Positions 10,093 to 19,579 of a stretch of 64,000 nt of DNA are shown here, one piece after another. The stretch's first letter is position 1; each line of letters opens with the position of its first letter. The stretch covers positions 1,602-65,601 of the forward strand of contig JBBQVH010000022.1 of assembly GCA_038211695.1 (NCBI GenBank), in the 5' to 3' direction. This stretch comes from Blastocatellia bacterium. GTDB taxonomy: Bacteria; Acidobacteriota; Blastocatellia; RBC074. The notes beneath the pieces are model-generated. The model was given only the letters and a program-made list of their open reading frames with translations. It made no database searches and was not told the origin of the DNA. A program made the translations under genes and the position numbers.

Positions 10093-12018
10093 TTACCAAC
10101 TCAAGTTGTTTTTCCTGAGCCAGAGTTCCAGCGAAAGAACAATCAAGATGCGTTGATACAAGCCTTCGCGGCTGATCTCGCTGGATTGTTTGGCTGTCAG
10201 GGGTTGTTTAAATTGTGTGACCCATCGCGCGACGACTTCCGGGTTCAGAATTCCCTGGATTCGCGCCTGCGCTGAAAGCAGGGTATCGGCCAGCATCTCG
10301 TGAAAGCGCGGCGTCGCCATGCGGTCAAGCGGGATGCGGAAGCCGAGTTTACGATGCGCGGCGACTTTCTCCGGCAACCATTGCCGCGCCAGTTCGCGCA
10401 GCACCAGCTTGCCCGTGCGCCCGTCGGTTTTCAGGCGATGCGGCAACGACAGGCCCAGTTCGACGACCTTCTCATCCAGCAACGGCACGCGGACTTCAAT
10501 GCTCGCAAGCATGCTCATCATATCCACCTTGCGCAGCATGTCGGAGGTCAGGTTGACGGTGAAATGGGTTTCGGTCAGGCGTTGCGATAAATCTTCAAGG
10601 CCGGTGAAATTCGCTGTGTGATGGCCGTTGAAGTGGCGGTAGACCTTCTGCAATTCGCGGGCGATTGCAGGTTGTGCCAGTTCCTGCTTCTGCTCCTCAT
10701 TCAGGTAGTTCGACAGCCCAGCCAGCAACACGGCTAATTCCTGATGGCCGGCCTGCGCCAACCGGATGGCTTTGATCAACTGGCGTCCGAAATCCCGCGT
10801 GTGCGGCATCAGCGCATCGCCGGCCATCAGCGCGGCGCGCTGCGCCAGCCGGGGCCATTTCATCAGGCTGGCAAATTTGTTGGCGCGCCAGAAACATCCG
10901 TATCCGCCGAAGGCTTCGTCGCCACCGTCGCCCGACAGGGCACAGATGATACCTTGTTCGCGGATCGCTTTTGAAACGAAGTAGGTCGGGATCAGACTGG
11001 AATCGGCGAACGGTTGATCGAAATGCAGCAGCAGGTCCCGCGTCAGTTCCGGCGTGACGGCAAAATCGTCAAGCGCGATGGTGTGATGCCGTGTGCCGTA
11101 ATGTTCAGACACGGCCAGCGCCATCGGCGTTTCGTCGTAGTCCTGGTCGGGGAAGCTGACATTGAAGGTCGTCGGGTGAGTCTGCGTCGTGCGGCAATAC
11201 GCCGCGACCACCAGCGACGAATCTATCCCCCCGCTCAACAATGCCGCCACCGGCACGTCGGCCACCGCCTGCGCCGCAACCGACGCACTCAATGATTGCG
11301 AAACATCGGCGGCGACGGCATCGAACGATTGTTCCACCGGTTTTGCCTGCAAGCGGTAATACTGGTGAAGCTGCACCTGGTCCGCGCTGGCCAGCAGCAG
11401 ATGCCCCGCCGGCAGTGCGCGGATTTCGGCGAATGCGGTTTGCGGTTCGGGAACGTAGCTGAGGCCCAGATAGTCGTAGCAGGCTTGTCGGTCAATCGTC
11501 GGCGCGAATCCGGGGATCGCCAGGATCGCTTTGATCTCGCTGGCGAAGACGAGCTGATCGCGGAGCGCGGCGTAATAAAGCGGCTTGATGCCGAACCGGT
11601 CGCGCGCCAGCAACAACTGCCGCCGCGTCTGATCGTAGATCGCAAAGGCGAACATCCCGCGCAACCGTTCAACCATCTCCGCGCCCAGCTCTTCGTAAAG
11701 ATGAACCAGCACTTCGGTGTCCGATGTGCCGCGAAACTGATGCCCGCGCGCCAACAGCCCGGCGCGCAGTTCGCGGTGGTTGTAGATTTCGCCGTTGAAG
11801 ATGACATAAACCGAATGATCTTCATTTGCCATCGGCTGATGGCCGGTCGGTGAAAGGTCCAGCAGCGCCAGACGGCGATGAACCAATTCACACTGCGCGT
11901 CGGCGAAATGGCCCTGTCCGTCGGGACCCCGATGTTCCAGCAGCGAGTCCGCGTCGGCGCGCCAGCCCGGATGTTCGGGCAAATGGATCGAATGAAATCT
12001 TCCGGCAATCCCACACAT
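10093..12018 (-). CDS. Asparagine synthase family amidotransferase, paralog 2
   Basis: MCGIAGRF Ntn start, SGGIDSS PP-loop, 641 aa. Confidence 0.9.
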   Translation of the reverse strand: MCGIAGRFHSIHLPEHPGWRADADSLLEHRGPDGQGHFADAQCELVHRRLALLDLSPTGHQPMANEDHSVYVIFNGEIYNHRELRAGLLARGHQFRGTSDTEVLVHLYEELGAEMVERLRGMFAFAIYDQTRRQLLLARDRFGIKPLYYAALRDQLVFASEIKAILAIPGFAPTIDRQACYDYLGLSYVPEPQTAFAEIRALPAGHLLLASADQVQLHQYYRLQAKPVEQSFDAVAADVSQSLSASVAAQAVADVPVAALLSGGIDSSLVVAAYCRTTQTHPTTFNVSFPDQDYDETPMALAVSEHYGTRHHTIALDDFAVTPELTRDLLLHFDQPFADSSLIPTYFVSKAIREQGIICALSGDGGDEAFGGYGCFWRANKFASLMKWPRLAQRAALMAGDALMPHTRDFGRQLIKAIRLAQAGHQELAVLLAGLSNYLNEEQKQELAQPAIARELQKVYRHFNGHHTANFTGLEDLSQRLTETHFTVNLTSDMLRKVDMMSMLASIEVRVPLLDEKVVELGLSLPHRLKTDGRTGKLVLRELARQWLPEKVAAHRKLGFRIPLDRMATPRFHEMLADTLLSAQARIQGILNPEVVARWVTQFKQPLTAKQSSEISREGLYQRILIVLSLELWLRKNNLSW

Positions 12019-12029
12019 GAGTTTTGAAT

Positions 12030-13490
12030 CTACCTGATGCCCGCGGCTTGGCGAGCAGGTTGGTTACGTGACAGCGCTTCGATCTCTTCGCGGGAGAGGT
12101 TGCAAATGACAGCTTGAAACTTGCCGGAAGCGCGTCGCGGAATGGCGTCCACCAGCACCACTTCTGTTCGCACCTTACCGACGTGCAGTTGCATATTGCT
12201 CTTCAATTTCTCGGTGTCCCGTTCGTTGTAACCTTCCGCTGGGACGACGTTGATAACGAACAAATCCAGCGCTTGCTGAACGACTTGTGCTTCGCGGATG
12301 CTGGTCACGCCTTTGAAAACCGTATCGAAGCGCAGCACCTGCCGCCCGTCCGGCGTGTAGCACATATCTTCGACGCGCCCGTCAATCGCTTCCAGAATCG
12401 GCATCTCGCGTCCGCAAGGGCAGGCTTGGTCAATCGCCCATCGCGCGGCGTCGCCGATGCGGTAGCGGATCAATGGTTGCAACATGTTTCGCAGGCCCGT
12501 GCAGACCACTTCGCCGATGACTCCTGGCGGGCAGGGTTGCCCGTCGTCATCCACGATCTCGATGATGCCCGCTTCCGGGCTGACGTGGTAACGGCCATGT
12601 TCGCATTGCGAAGCGAACATGCAGCATTCGACAGCGCCGTAACGATCGTACAGGCGGCACTGCCAGGCCGCTTCGATGTTTTCGCGAACCTGCGCCGTCA
12701 CCGTCTCCGAAGTCGTCAGGACGGCTTTGGCCGGGGCAGGGAAGTCGCCGGTCTGAAGCGCGTAGCGGGCGATGATATTCAGCGCGTTCGGATATCCCAT
12801 TACCGTCGCCGGTTGAAACCGGCGCAGAAATTCGATGTAGCTCGGCAGATTCCGCGGTGAAAGATGATAGATCGAGCCGTAGGCCAAATCCTCCGCCGGG
12901 CTGAAACGCCAGAACGGCGGGCGCGATTGATCGGGATGGCAGACTTTGCGCGCGCCGAACATGACGCGCCGATTCTGATGGCTGACGCCCGCCCAGCCCA
13001 GGCTTCTGACTTCGGGCAGCGCCAGCTCAAACGAATGCAAATCAAGCGTGTAGTAGATGTCGGTAGGCGTGCCGGTGCTTCCGCTCGACCGTTGCACGAT
13101 CACGCCTTTGGGCAATGAAGTTTGCGTCAGCAGGTCTTTGGCCCGCGTCCGCAAGGTTTGTTTTGACAGCAAGGGTAGCTTTGCCAGCGCCTCGCGCGGG
13201 GGCGTGGCCGGTGTGACGCCCGCTTCGGAAAAGACCTGATGGTAATAGATGGACCGGGCGGCGGCCTGCAATAACTCAGCGAGTTGTTGATCCTGATACT
13301 GGCGAAACTGCGCGGCAGTCCAGTGTTCGCGCGAAGCGAATTCGGCGACCTGCTCGTGAAACGAGGCGCTGAACCGCCGCCGGTACCACCACCAGCCATA
13401 TGCCGCGACGAACATCTGCTGAATGCTCACCGGACTTTTTAAATAAAGTGCGTCAACAAAACCAGCCATAGTTTTCAATCGCCATCTCAA
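12030..13490 (-). CDS. Phenylacetate-CoA ligase / CapK (F390-synthetase-like) adenylate-forming enzyme
   Basis: RSSGSTGTPTD AMP-binding motif and family-typical length. The track start is TTG at 13490 (TTGA overlap with the upstream stop). An ATG alternative is at 13469. Confidence 0.75.
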   Translation of the reverse strand: MRWRLKTMAGFVDALYLKSPVSIQQMFVAAYGWWWYRRRFSASFHEQVAEFASREHWTAAQFRQYQDQQLAELLQAAARSIYYHQVFSEAGVTPATPPREALAKLPLLSKQTLRTRAKDLLTQTSLPKGVIVQRSSGSTGTPTDIYYTLDLHSFELALPEVRSLGWAGVSHQNRRVMFGARKVCHPDQSRPPFWRFSPAEDLAYGSIYHLSPRNLPSYIEFLRRFQPATVMGYPNALNIIARYALQTGDFPAPAKAVLTTSETVTAQVRENIEAAWQCRLYDRYGAVECCMFASQCEHGRYHVSPEAGIIEIVDDDGQPCPPGVIGEVVCTGLRNMLQPLIRYRIGDAARWAIDQACPCGREMPILEAIDGRVEDMCYTPDGRQVLRFDTVFKGVTSIREAQVVQQALDLFVINVVPAEGYNERDTEKLKSNMQLHVGKVRTEVVLVDAIPRRASGKFQAVICNLSREEIEALSRNQPARQAAGIR

Positions 13491-14929
13491 TTGCCAAATG
13501 AGGGCCTTGCCGCGCCGGAGGATTGCGATCTGACAGGCGCCTGATGGTTAGACTCACCGTGTTCCTGGAAAAACAGGAAGGCCGCGGAAGAGAGTCCAAG
13601 CACGAATGACGGCGCAGCCAACCGCATTGCAGAGGCGAGCATAAAAATGAAAGCCCAGGCGATCAGCGAGACGACCAACGCCCGGGTTTGCATCGTTCTC
13701 GCCCGCCTGTAGTTCGCCACTGCGATGTAAAGAATGATCAACAGCGCGCCTAAACCGAACAGGCCATGTTCCGCCAGCAAGCGTGAAAATTCGGTATGCG
13801 CCGCGCCGCGCCGCGTGATGGCAGTTTCCCGTTCATTGATCGCCAGACCGGGGCCGATGCCGAAGATTGGATTTTCACCCCAGACCTTCAGATCGGCTTT
13901 CAGATATTCGCTGCGCCCTGTCGAAGTGGTGTTCTGGAACCTTTCAACAATGGCGCCGCCGGTGAAGCTGTCCAACTGCGGGAAGATGACGAAATAAGCC
14001 AGCGGGATGACGATGGCGCTGGCCATCAGGAGTTGAAATCTCGCTTTGCCATTGCGCACGAAAAACAGCGCCGCAACCAAGACGGCCGCAGCCGCGCTGT
14101 ATAGGCCGGTTCGTGAAAAGGTCAGGGCGCTTTGCGTTGCCAGCCCAACGATGATGGAGATCAGCAGAAGTTTTACGGAGGGGCTTCGACGCGCCATCAT
14201 CAGATAGAGAAACGCCGACAGGATTGCCAGGCCGAGCAATGCCGAAACCTGATTGGGGCCGAAGCCTCCGCTGGCGATCAGGTTCGATTCCCGGCGGAAG
14301 GTAATCGCGCTGGTCGTCAAAAGTTTGTAGGTTGCCAACGATGCGATTCCGGCGACCGGGGCAATGACAGCCAGCAGAATGCGGCTCAGTTGTTCTTCGT
14401 CCAGTTTGACCTGTGACAGAAACCAGACTGAAACCGCCAACGCAAATGGGCCGGATAGATTGAAGCTGAGATACGCCCGCATTGTGCCATTGTCCGTGTT
14501 GGCCATGGGTAAAACGATGGACGGCAGCAGCAGCGTGAAGTACACCAGCGCCAGCCACGAGCCGCGGAACAACCCGTTGCGCAGAATCGCCAACAGAAAG
14601 ACCGCCGTCAGCGCGTATTTGCCATATTCCCAAAATGTCGCGGCTTTCGTCATGCGCCACAGCACTTCGCTGCCGGCGATGTACGCGCCAATCATCACCA
14701 CGCGCTCCAGCCTGCCGCCCGCCAGCGCGAACCAGCAACCGATGGCCAGCGTCGCCAGGGCATGCCCCGTGGCGATAATGGGCGAAACGCTCATCAGCAG
14801 CGCTAGCAGGACGTGTAAAAGCAAAATACCCGCGATCGCGAAAAGTTTGCTTTGGAAAAGACCGGGAAGAACGCCAGGGAGGGCGCTACCGGGTCTGCGT
14901 TGAATATTTGCTGCCAGGTAAGGGTTCAT
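13487..14929 (-). CDS. O-antigen ligase/polymerase-family (Wzy-like) integral membrane protein
   Basis: About 10-12 hydrophobic helices. LTFSRTGLYSAAAAVL is typical of the Wzy_C family. Confidence 0.7.
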   Translation of the reverse strand: MNPYLAANIQRRPGSALPGVLPGLFQSKLFAIAGILLLHVLLALLMSVSPIIATGHALATLAIGCWFALAGGRLERVVMIGAYIAGSEVLWRMTKAATFWEYGKYALTAVFLLAILRNGLFRGSWLALVYFTLLLPSIVLPMANTDNGTMRAYLSFNLSGPFALAVSVWFLSQVKLDEEQLSRILLAVIAPVAGIASLATYKLLTTSAITFRRESNLIASGGFGPNQVSALLGLAILSAFLYLMMARRSPSVKLLLISIIVGLATQSALTFSRTGLYSAAAAVLVAALFFVRNGKARFQLLMASAIVIPLAYFVIFPQLDSFTGGAIVERFQNTTSTGRSEYLKADLKVWGENPIFGIGPGLAINERETAITRRGAAHTEFSRLLAEHGLFGLGALLIILYIAVANYRRARTMQTRALVVSLIAWAFIFMLASAMRLAAPSFVLGLSSAAFLFFQEHGESNHQAPVRSQSSGAARPSFGN

Positions 14930-16026
14930 GCGAGCGCCAATCGGTAAAGCTGCAAAAGGTAGTGTGGAAGCGTGGTCAGTGAATAGTTCGTTTCAATCGT
15001 CCTGCGCGCCGCGCCACCCATCTCCAAGCGAAGTTGAGGATCGGCGGTCAACCGTTTCAAATGCGCGGTCATTTGTTCAAGCAGTAAAGTTTCGTCCCCC
15101 ATCTCGGCCAGAAAACCGGTTTCTCCGTGTTGGACGATTTCAGGAACCCCGCCGACTTTCGCCGCTGCCACCGGCAGTCCGCAGGCCATCGCTTCCAGAA
15201 TGACGTTCGGAGTGCCTTCCCAATCAGACGTTAGGACGAGCACGTCCGATTCCGCGTAGATGCCTGCCATCTGATTGCTGCTGCCTCGGAATTCGACAAC
15301 TTCGGGCGAGAGTTTCATCGCTGCCGCCTGATTCTGCAATTGTTCGCGCTGCGGCCCGTCACCGACGATCAATCCTTTCACTGCCCTTGAATCCTGACAC
15401 AGGCGGGCGATGAGTTCGAGAAAGCGATCCAGGCGTTTTTCCTCCGACAACCTTCCGGCGGCCAGCAGGACGACCGGGCCTGTTTTGCGCTGCGGCTTCA
15501 GGGTGAAGACATCAGTGTCAACCACGTTGGGCAGCAGGAAGAGCCGTTCAGCGGCTACGCCGAATTCGATTGCCGTGTTGATGGCGGCGCGCGAATTGAC
15601 GGCCATTTGGCGCGGCGCTTTCAAACTGCATTTGCCGGTCAACGCGTGGGCTTGCACTTCGTTTGTCGTGGCGCTGCGCAGCGCGCCGATTTCCCGTTTG
15701 CCCGTCGCACGCGCCGCCGCGACTGCGTACAGGTTAGTATAAAAGTGCTGGCTTTGAATGATCTGTGGCGAACGGCGGCGAATCTCAGTCAGGATGCGCC
15801 ACGCGCGTTGCAACCGGCGGCCCTGCCCAACGCAGGTCACAGGCACGCCCAATGAGCGAATCGGTGCTTCCCAATATTCGTCACGCGTCAGGCTCAGCAG
15901 CCAGGGGCGCGCGCCGAGTTCACGTAGCGTTTTCAAAATGTAAAAGAGCTGTCGTTCCGCGCCGCCCTGTCCCAGCGTCCCGGCCAGGAAGCAGATGTTG
16001 AGCGCCGCCAGATCATTCACCGGCAC
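14926..16026 (-). CDS. Glycosyltransferase family 4
   Basis: LTSDWEGTPNVILEAMACGLPVAAAKVGGVPEIV. GTG start, overlapping the upstream gene by 14 nt. Confidence 0.85.
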   Translation of the reverse strand: MPVNDLAALNICFLAGTLGQGGAERQLFYILKTLRELGARPWLLSLTRDEYWEAPIRSLGVPVTCVGQGRRLQRAWRILTEIRRRSPQIIQSQHFYTNLYAVAAARATGKREIGALRSATTNEVQAHALTGKCSLKAPRQMAVNSRAAINTAIEFGVAAERLFLLPNVVDTDVFTLKPQRKTGPVVLLAAGRLSEEKRLDRFLELIARLCQDSRAVKGLIVGDGPQREQLQNQAAAMKLSPEVVEFRGSSNQMAGIYAESDVLVLTSDWEGTPNVILEAMACGLPVAAAKVGGVPEIVQHGETGFLAEMGDETLLLEQMTAHLKRLTADPQLRLEMGGAARRTIETNYSLTTLPHYLLQLYRLALA

Positions 16027-17185
16027 GCAGCTTCCCCCAGGCCGCCGTCAAGATGCGGCCAATGCGATCGCGCCAATTTTCCAACGAATACTTCCGCGCC
16101 GTTTCAACCGCGCATTTCGACATGGTTTGATAGACCGTTTTGTCGGCCAGGCATTGGCGCACGGCGTCGGCCACCGCCGCTGGCGAAACTTCGTCCATCA
16201 GCACACCCGCGCCAAGCCCGGCGAGTTTCGGCAGCGCGGAAACTCTGGTTGCGACGATCGGCAATCCGCAGGCGATGGCTTCCAGCGCGGCTTTGGGAAA
16301 GCCTTCGGACGCAGTCGGAAAGCAGAATAGGTCTGCCTGCTGCATCAATTCGATGACCTGGGAATGATTGACCTGACCGTGAAAGCGAACCCGTTCGCCC
16401 AGTCCCAGTCCGGCGGCCAAGGCTTTGAATTCTGCCAGCGCGCCGCCGTCGCCGACCACGTCGAACGCGATGCCGGGAAACTGCTCTTCCAGCAGGCGCA
16501 GGCTTTCGATCACCACGCCCGTTCCTTTTTGCTGTTCCTGCCGGCAGGCAATGAGCAGGCGCGGCGCGTCAGGCGCTTGACGCGGAAATTGATCCCGATT
16601 CGTGCCGCAACGGCGCAGTTGCAGTTCGGTCAGCGTGGTCGCGAAAATCCATTTCAGGGCCGGGTTGCGCTGCGATGGCGGTTCGGTCTGTTCGCCGGTC
16701 GCCAGACAGACAAACCTGCCGCCCGCGTACCTTTCCATAAACCAGCGCCAGAATCGTTCCGCCGCTGTCGTTGGTTCATTCCAGTTGCCGCAGTAACGAA
16801 CGAAGAGCGGTTTGCGCAACAGGAACGCCAGCATCATGCCGATGCTGCCAATGTCACCGGGAATCGGCGCGTGAATGGCGTCGGCCTTCAAAATTTCGCG
16901 CAGCAACGTCACGCTGTTGGCCAGCAGCCAGAAGGGAACTCTCAGCTTTCGCCGGAAGTCTTCGCCCCCCAGCATTGGCAGCGGCACGACCGACAGATTG
17001 TTGCCCGTCAGATGGCCTTCGCCTGTGGGCGTTTCGCCGTTCGCGCACAGGATCATCAACTTTGTTGCATCGAACAACTCCGAAAGCGCGCGCATTTGAA
17101 AAGGGAATCCGCCATTGCTGGCATACCCCGACGGCGAGGCGGGCTGCGGCCAGCAAATTTTGTAAGAGACGACCAGAAGTTTCAC
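16013..17185 (-). CDS. Glycosyltransferase family 4
   Basis: FCFPTASEGFPKAALEAIACGLPIVATRVSALPKL. GTG start. Confidence 0.8.
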   Translation of the reverse strand: MKLLVVSYKICWPQPASPSGYASNGGFPFQMRALSELFDATKLMILCANGETPTGEGHLTGNNLSVVPLPMLGGEDFRRKLRVPFWLLANSVTLLREILKADAIHAPIPGDIGSIGMMLAFLLRKPLFVRYCGNWNEPTTAAERFWRWFMERYAGGRFVCLATGEQTEPPSQRNPALKWIFATTLTELQLRRCGTNRDQFPRQAPDAPRLLIACRQEQQKGTGVVIESLRLLEEQFPGIAFDVVGDGGALAEFKALAAGLGLGERVRFHGQVNHSQVIELMQQADLFCFPTASEGFPKAALEAIACGLPIVATRVSALPKLAGLGAGVLMDEVSPAAVADAVRQCLADKTVYQTMSKCAVETARKYSLENWRDRIGRILTAAWGKLRAGE

Positions 17186-17210
17186 GTGATGTCTATGATT
17201 GAAATCGTGT

Positions 17211-18155
17211 TTAGTTCTTCGATGGAAGACCGCGCAGAATCGTCAGCACGCCTTCCAATCTGCCGCGCAATTCCAGCAGATCGGTTTGGCGGCGGCGGCG
17301 GACGGCCGACGCGGCGATGCGCAGAAACTCGAACAGTTGAAAGCGCCAGAAGCGATAGCGTTGCCCAATGCTCAATGGGCGCGCGATGTCGCGGAAAACG
17401 TAATAGTAGTTGACCACGCATTTGTAACCGATCTTGCGGCGATCCACGCGCCCGCCGGGCGCTTGCAACTCAAGGCAGCGCGCGTCGCCGCATTGCAGCA
17501 GCTTCCATTGCAGCCGCGCGCGCAACGCGAAGTGCGCATCCTCCAACACGCCATAATCGCGGAAGAAAAGATCGAAGCGCAAGCCGGAATCGAATACCTC
17601 GCGCCGCCAGACGGCGCAGGCCGTCGTCATAAAATCAACCTCGCGCGTGCCCGTGAACGGCGGCTGCAAGCTGTTGTTGATCGGATAGCCGTTCTCAAAA
17701 TCGTACCGCCCCGGCTCGTAGGTCGAAAACAGATTCAACCGGCGGTACCAGCGCCAGCGTTCCGATTCAGCAACGCCCGCATGAAAATTATTGCGATAAC
17801 CGACGATGCCGCCGATTTCGCCGGAGGCGTCTTTTTCAAAAACTTCCAGAATGCGCGCCAGGAAATCCGGTTCCAACCGGACATCGTCGTCAACCAGGGC
17901 GACGTACTGGCCGCGCGCCCGGTCAATGCCGAAGTTGCGCTGCACGGCGGTGCCGCGCTCCGAACGAAAGTAGCGGCATTCAAACGGCAGCGTGCCGATC
18001 ATTGGCGTGATGGACTCTTCGGTTGCGCGTTCTTCGGCGGGAGCGCCATCCACCAGAATCACTTCATCCGGCATCCGCGTTTGCCGCGACAGGTCGAGCA
18101 GTAAATCCCGCGCTTCCTGCGGACGGCGAAAGGTTGGGGTGACGACGGTCAGCAT
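17211..18155 (-). CDS. Glycosyltransferase family 2
   Basis: MLTVVTPTFRRPQE ... VALVDDDV. Start set at ATG 18155 (TGATG overlap with the upstream stop). The track start is 18194. Confidence 0.8.
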   Translation of the reverse strand: MLTVVTPTFRRPQEARDLLLDLSRQTRMPDEVILVDGAPAEERATEESITPMIGTLPFECRYFRSERGTAVQRNFGIDRARGQYVALVDDDVRLEPDFLARILEVFEKDASGEIGGIVGYRNNFHAGVAESERWRWYRRLNLFSTYEPGRYDFENGYPINNSLQPPFTGTREVDFMTTACAVWRREVFDSGLRFDLFFRDYGVLEDAHFALRARLQWKLLQCGDARCLELQAPGGRVDRRKIGYKCVVNYYYVFRDIARPLSIGQRYRFWRFQLFEFLRIAASAVRRRRQTDLLELRGRLEGVLTILRGLPSKN

Positions 18156-19579
18156 CAATTGCGTTGTCCTCTCGCGGCCAGATTCAACAGACATTCAACC
18201 ACGCGCCGGCCCGATTGCCCATCCAGCGTGTTGCCGAACATTTCGCGGATCAGCCGCTGGCGTGGTTCACGGTTGATGTCGGGATGGTTGAGCGTTTGTT
18301 CCAGCAGTGCGCGCATTTCATCTTCCGAGTGCGCCAGCAAGGTCGCGCGGCTTTCGACAATCGGTCGGTAATGATCGAAGAAGTAATAACGCGGAATGTC
18401 CACCGGACTGATGTCTATGCCAACAGGGTTGTAGCCGACATTGATGACGGGCTTATCGAACATGCACAGTTCCAGCGAAATCGTTGAACCGACGTTGACG
18501 CCCACGGCGGCGTGACGAATGGAATTCGCCATCATGTAAGCGTCCTCAATTTTCGGCGTCAGCCATTTTGCTTCCCAGGGGACTTCGGGGAACAGAACCT
18601 GCGGATACTGGCGCTTCAGTTCATCGAATCGCCCGGTCAAATCTTTCGGCGAAATGCGCACCATCAGTTGCGGGCGGGCCTCGCCGGGCATCTCTTCCAG
18701 CATCTTGATGATGCTTTCGACGATGCGCGGTTCGCCGGGCACGTGGTTCGGCATGCCCGTGCTGTAAAACACAATAGGCCGCGCCGGATCAGCGCTGATT
18801 CGCTGGCAAAACTCTTCACGCGTCCAGTGGTATTGCGGCTGAAAGTGCGTGTCGAATTGCGGCGTGCCCGTGACAAAGACGTTCTCAGGATTGATGTGCG
18901 GATAGATGCCGAGCAGTTGGTCGCGCAGGTGATCGTTCCAGACCAGATAGTAATCATACGGCAGCATGATCCGCCCCTGCGAAGTCAGGTTATCCCACGA
19001 AAAGATAAAGGTCGCCGTTGGAATGCCCAGCCATTGCGCGGCCTGCACCGATTGAATGGCGTTGATGCTGTGCGAATGCGAGGCGTTGAAGATCAGCGAC
19101 GGGCGCAGTTCGCGGTACAGGTTTAGATACTCATCTGTCGTGTTGAACTGGCGGCTGATCGTGCGTTCGATCTTCGACAAAAGCTGCACACCCGGCTGGC
19201 TGGCGAAAGGCAGCGCCGCCATCTTCTTGCTTTGCCGCTTGATCCATTTGCCCGGCGTCGTTGCTTCGGCGTCGCGCAGCCGCCAGCGTTCCTGCGCCGC
19301 GCCCGACCACAGCCAGCGCCCGTGCGACAGGTCCAGCACTTCTCGCAGAATGCGGACGCGCCATTTGTCCGTGTACGTCATCAGCGGCAGCACGCGCCGG
19401 AAGCGTTGGCGCATCATCTGTTCGACTTCCGGCGTTGGAAAAATAGAGAGCACTGTCAGTTCAGCGTTCGCCGCGATCTGGTCCAGCGCGCCGTTGTAGA
19501 CGAAGTTTCGAAACGTCTCGCCGCGCGGCAGGATGGCAACAATGTGAGATTGAATATGTGGTTGGTTGTTGCCAGTCAA
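18155..19579 (-). CDS. Uncharacterised GT-B-like transferase (TagF/KpsS-like features), paralog of 19576..21057
   Basis: 474-aa ORF. Shares IPT(A/L)(T/A)FI(F/T)SWDN, PQ(F/Y)D, DPARP(I/V)... blocks with the next gene. TTG start overlaps the upstream stop (TTGA). Confidence 0.5.
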   Translation of the reverse strand: MTGNNQPHIQSHIVAILPRGETFRNFVYNGALDQIAANAELTVLSIFPTPEVEQMMRQRFRRVLPLMTYTDKWRVRILREVLDLSHGRWLWSGAAQERWRLRDAEATTPGKWIKRQSKKMAALPFASQPGVQLLSKIERTISRQFNTTDEYLNLYRELRPSLIFNASHSHSINAIQSVQAAQWLGIPTATFIFSWDNLTSQGRIMLPYDYYLVWNDHLRDQLLGIYPHINPENVFVTGTPQFDTHFQPQYHWTREEFCQRISADPARPIVFYSTGMPNHVPGEPRIVESIIKMLEEMPGEARPQLMVRISPKDLTGRFDELKRQYPQVLFPEVPWEAKWLTPKIEDAYMMANSIRHAAVGVNVGSTISLELCMFDKPVINVGYNPVGIDISPVDIPRYYFFDHYRPIVESRATLLAHSEDEMRALLEQTLNHPDINREPRQRLIREMFGNTLDGQSGRRVVECLLNLAARGQRN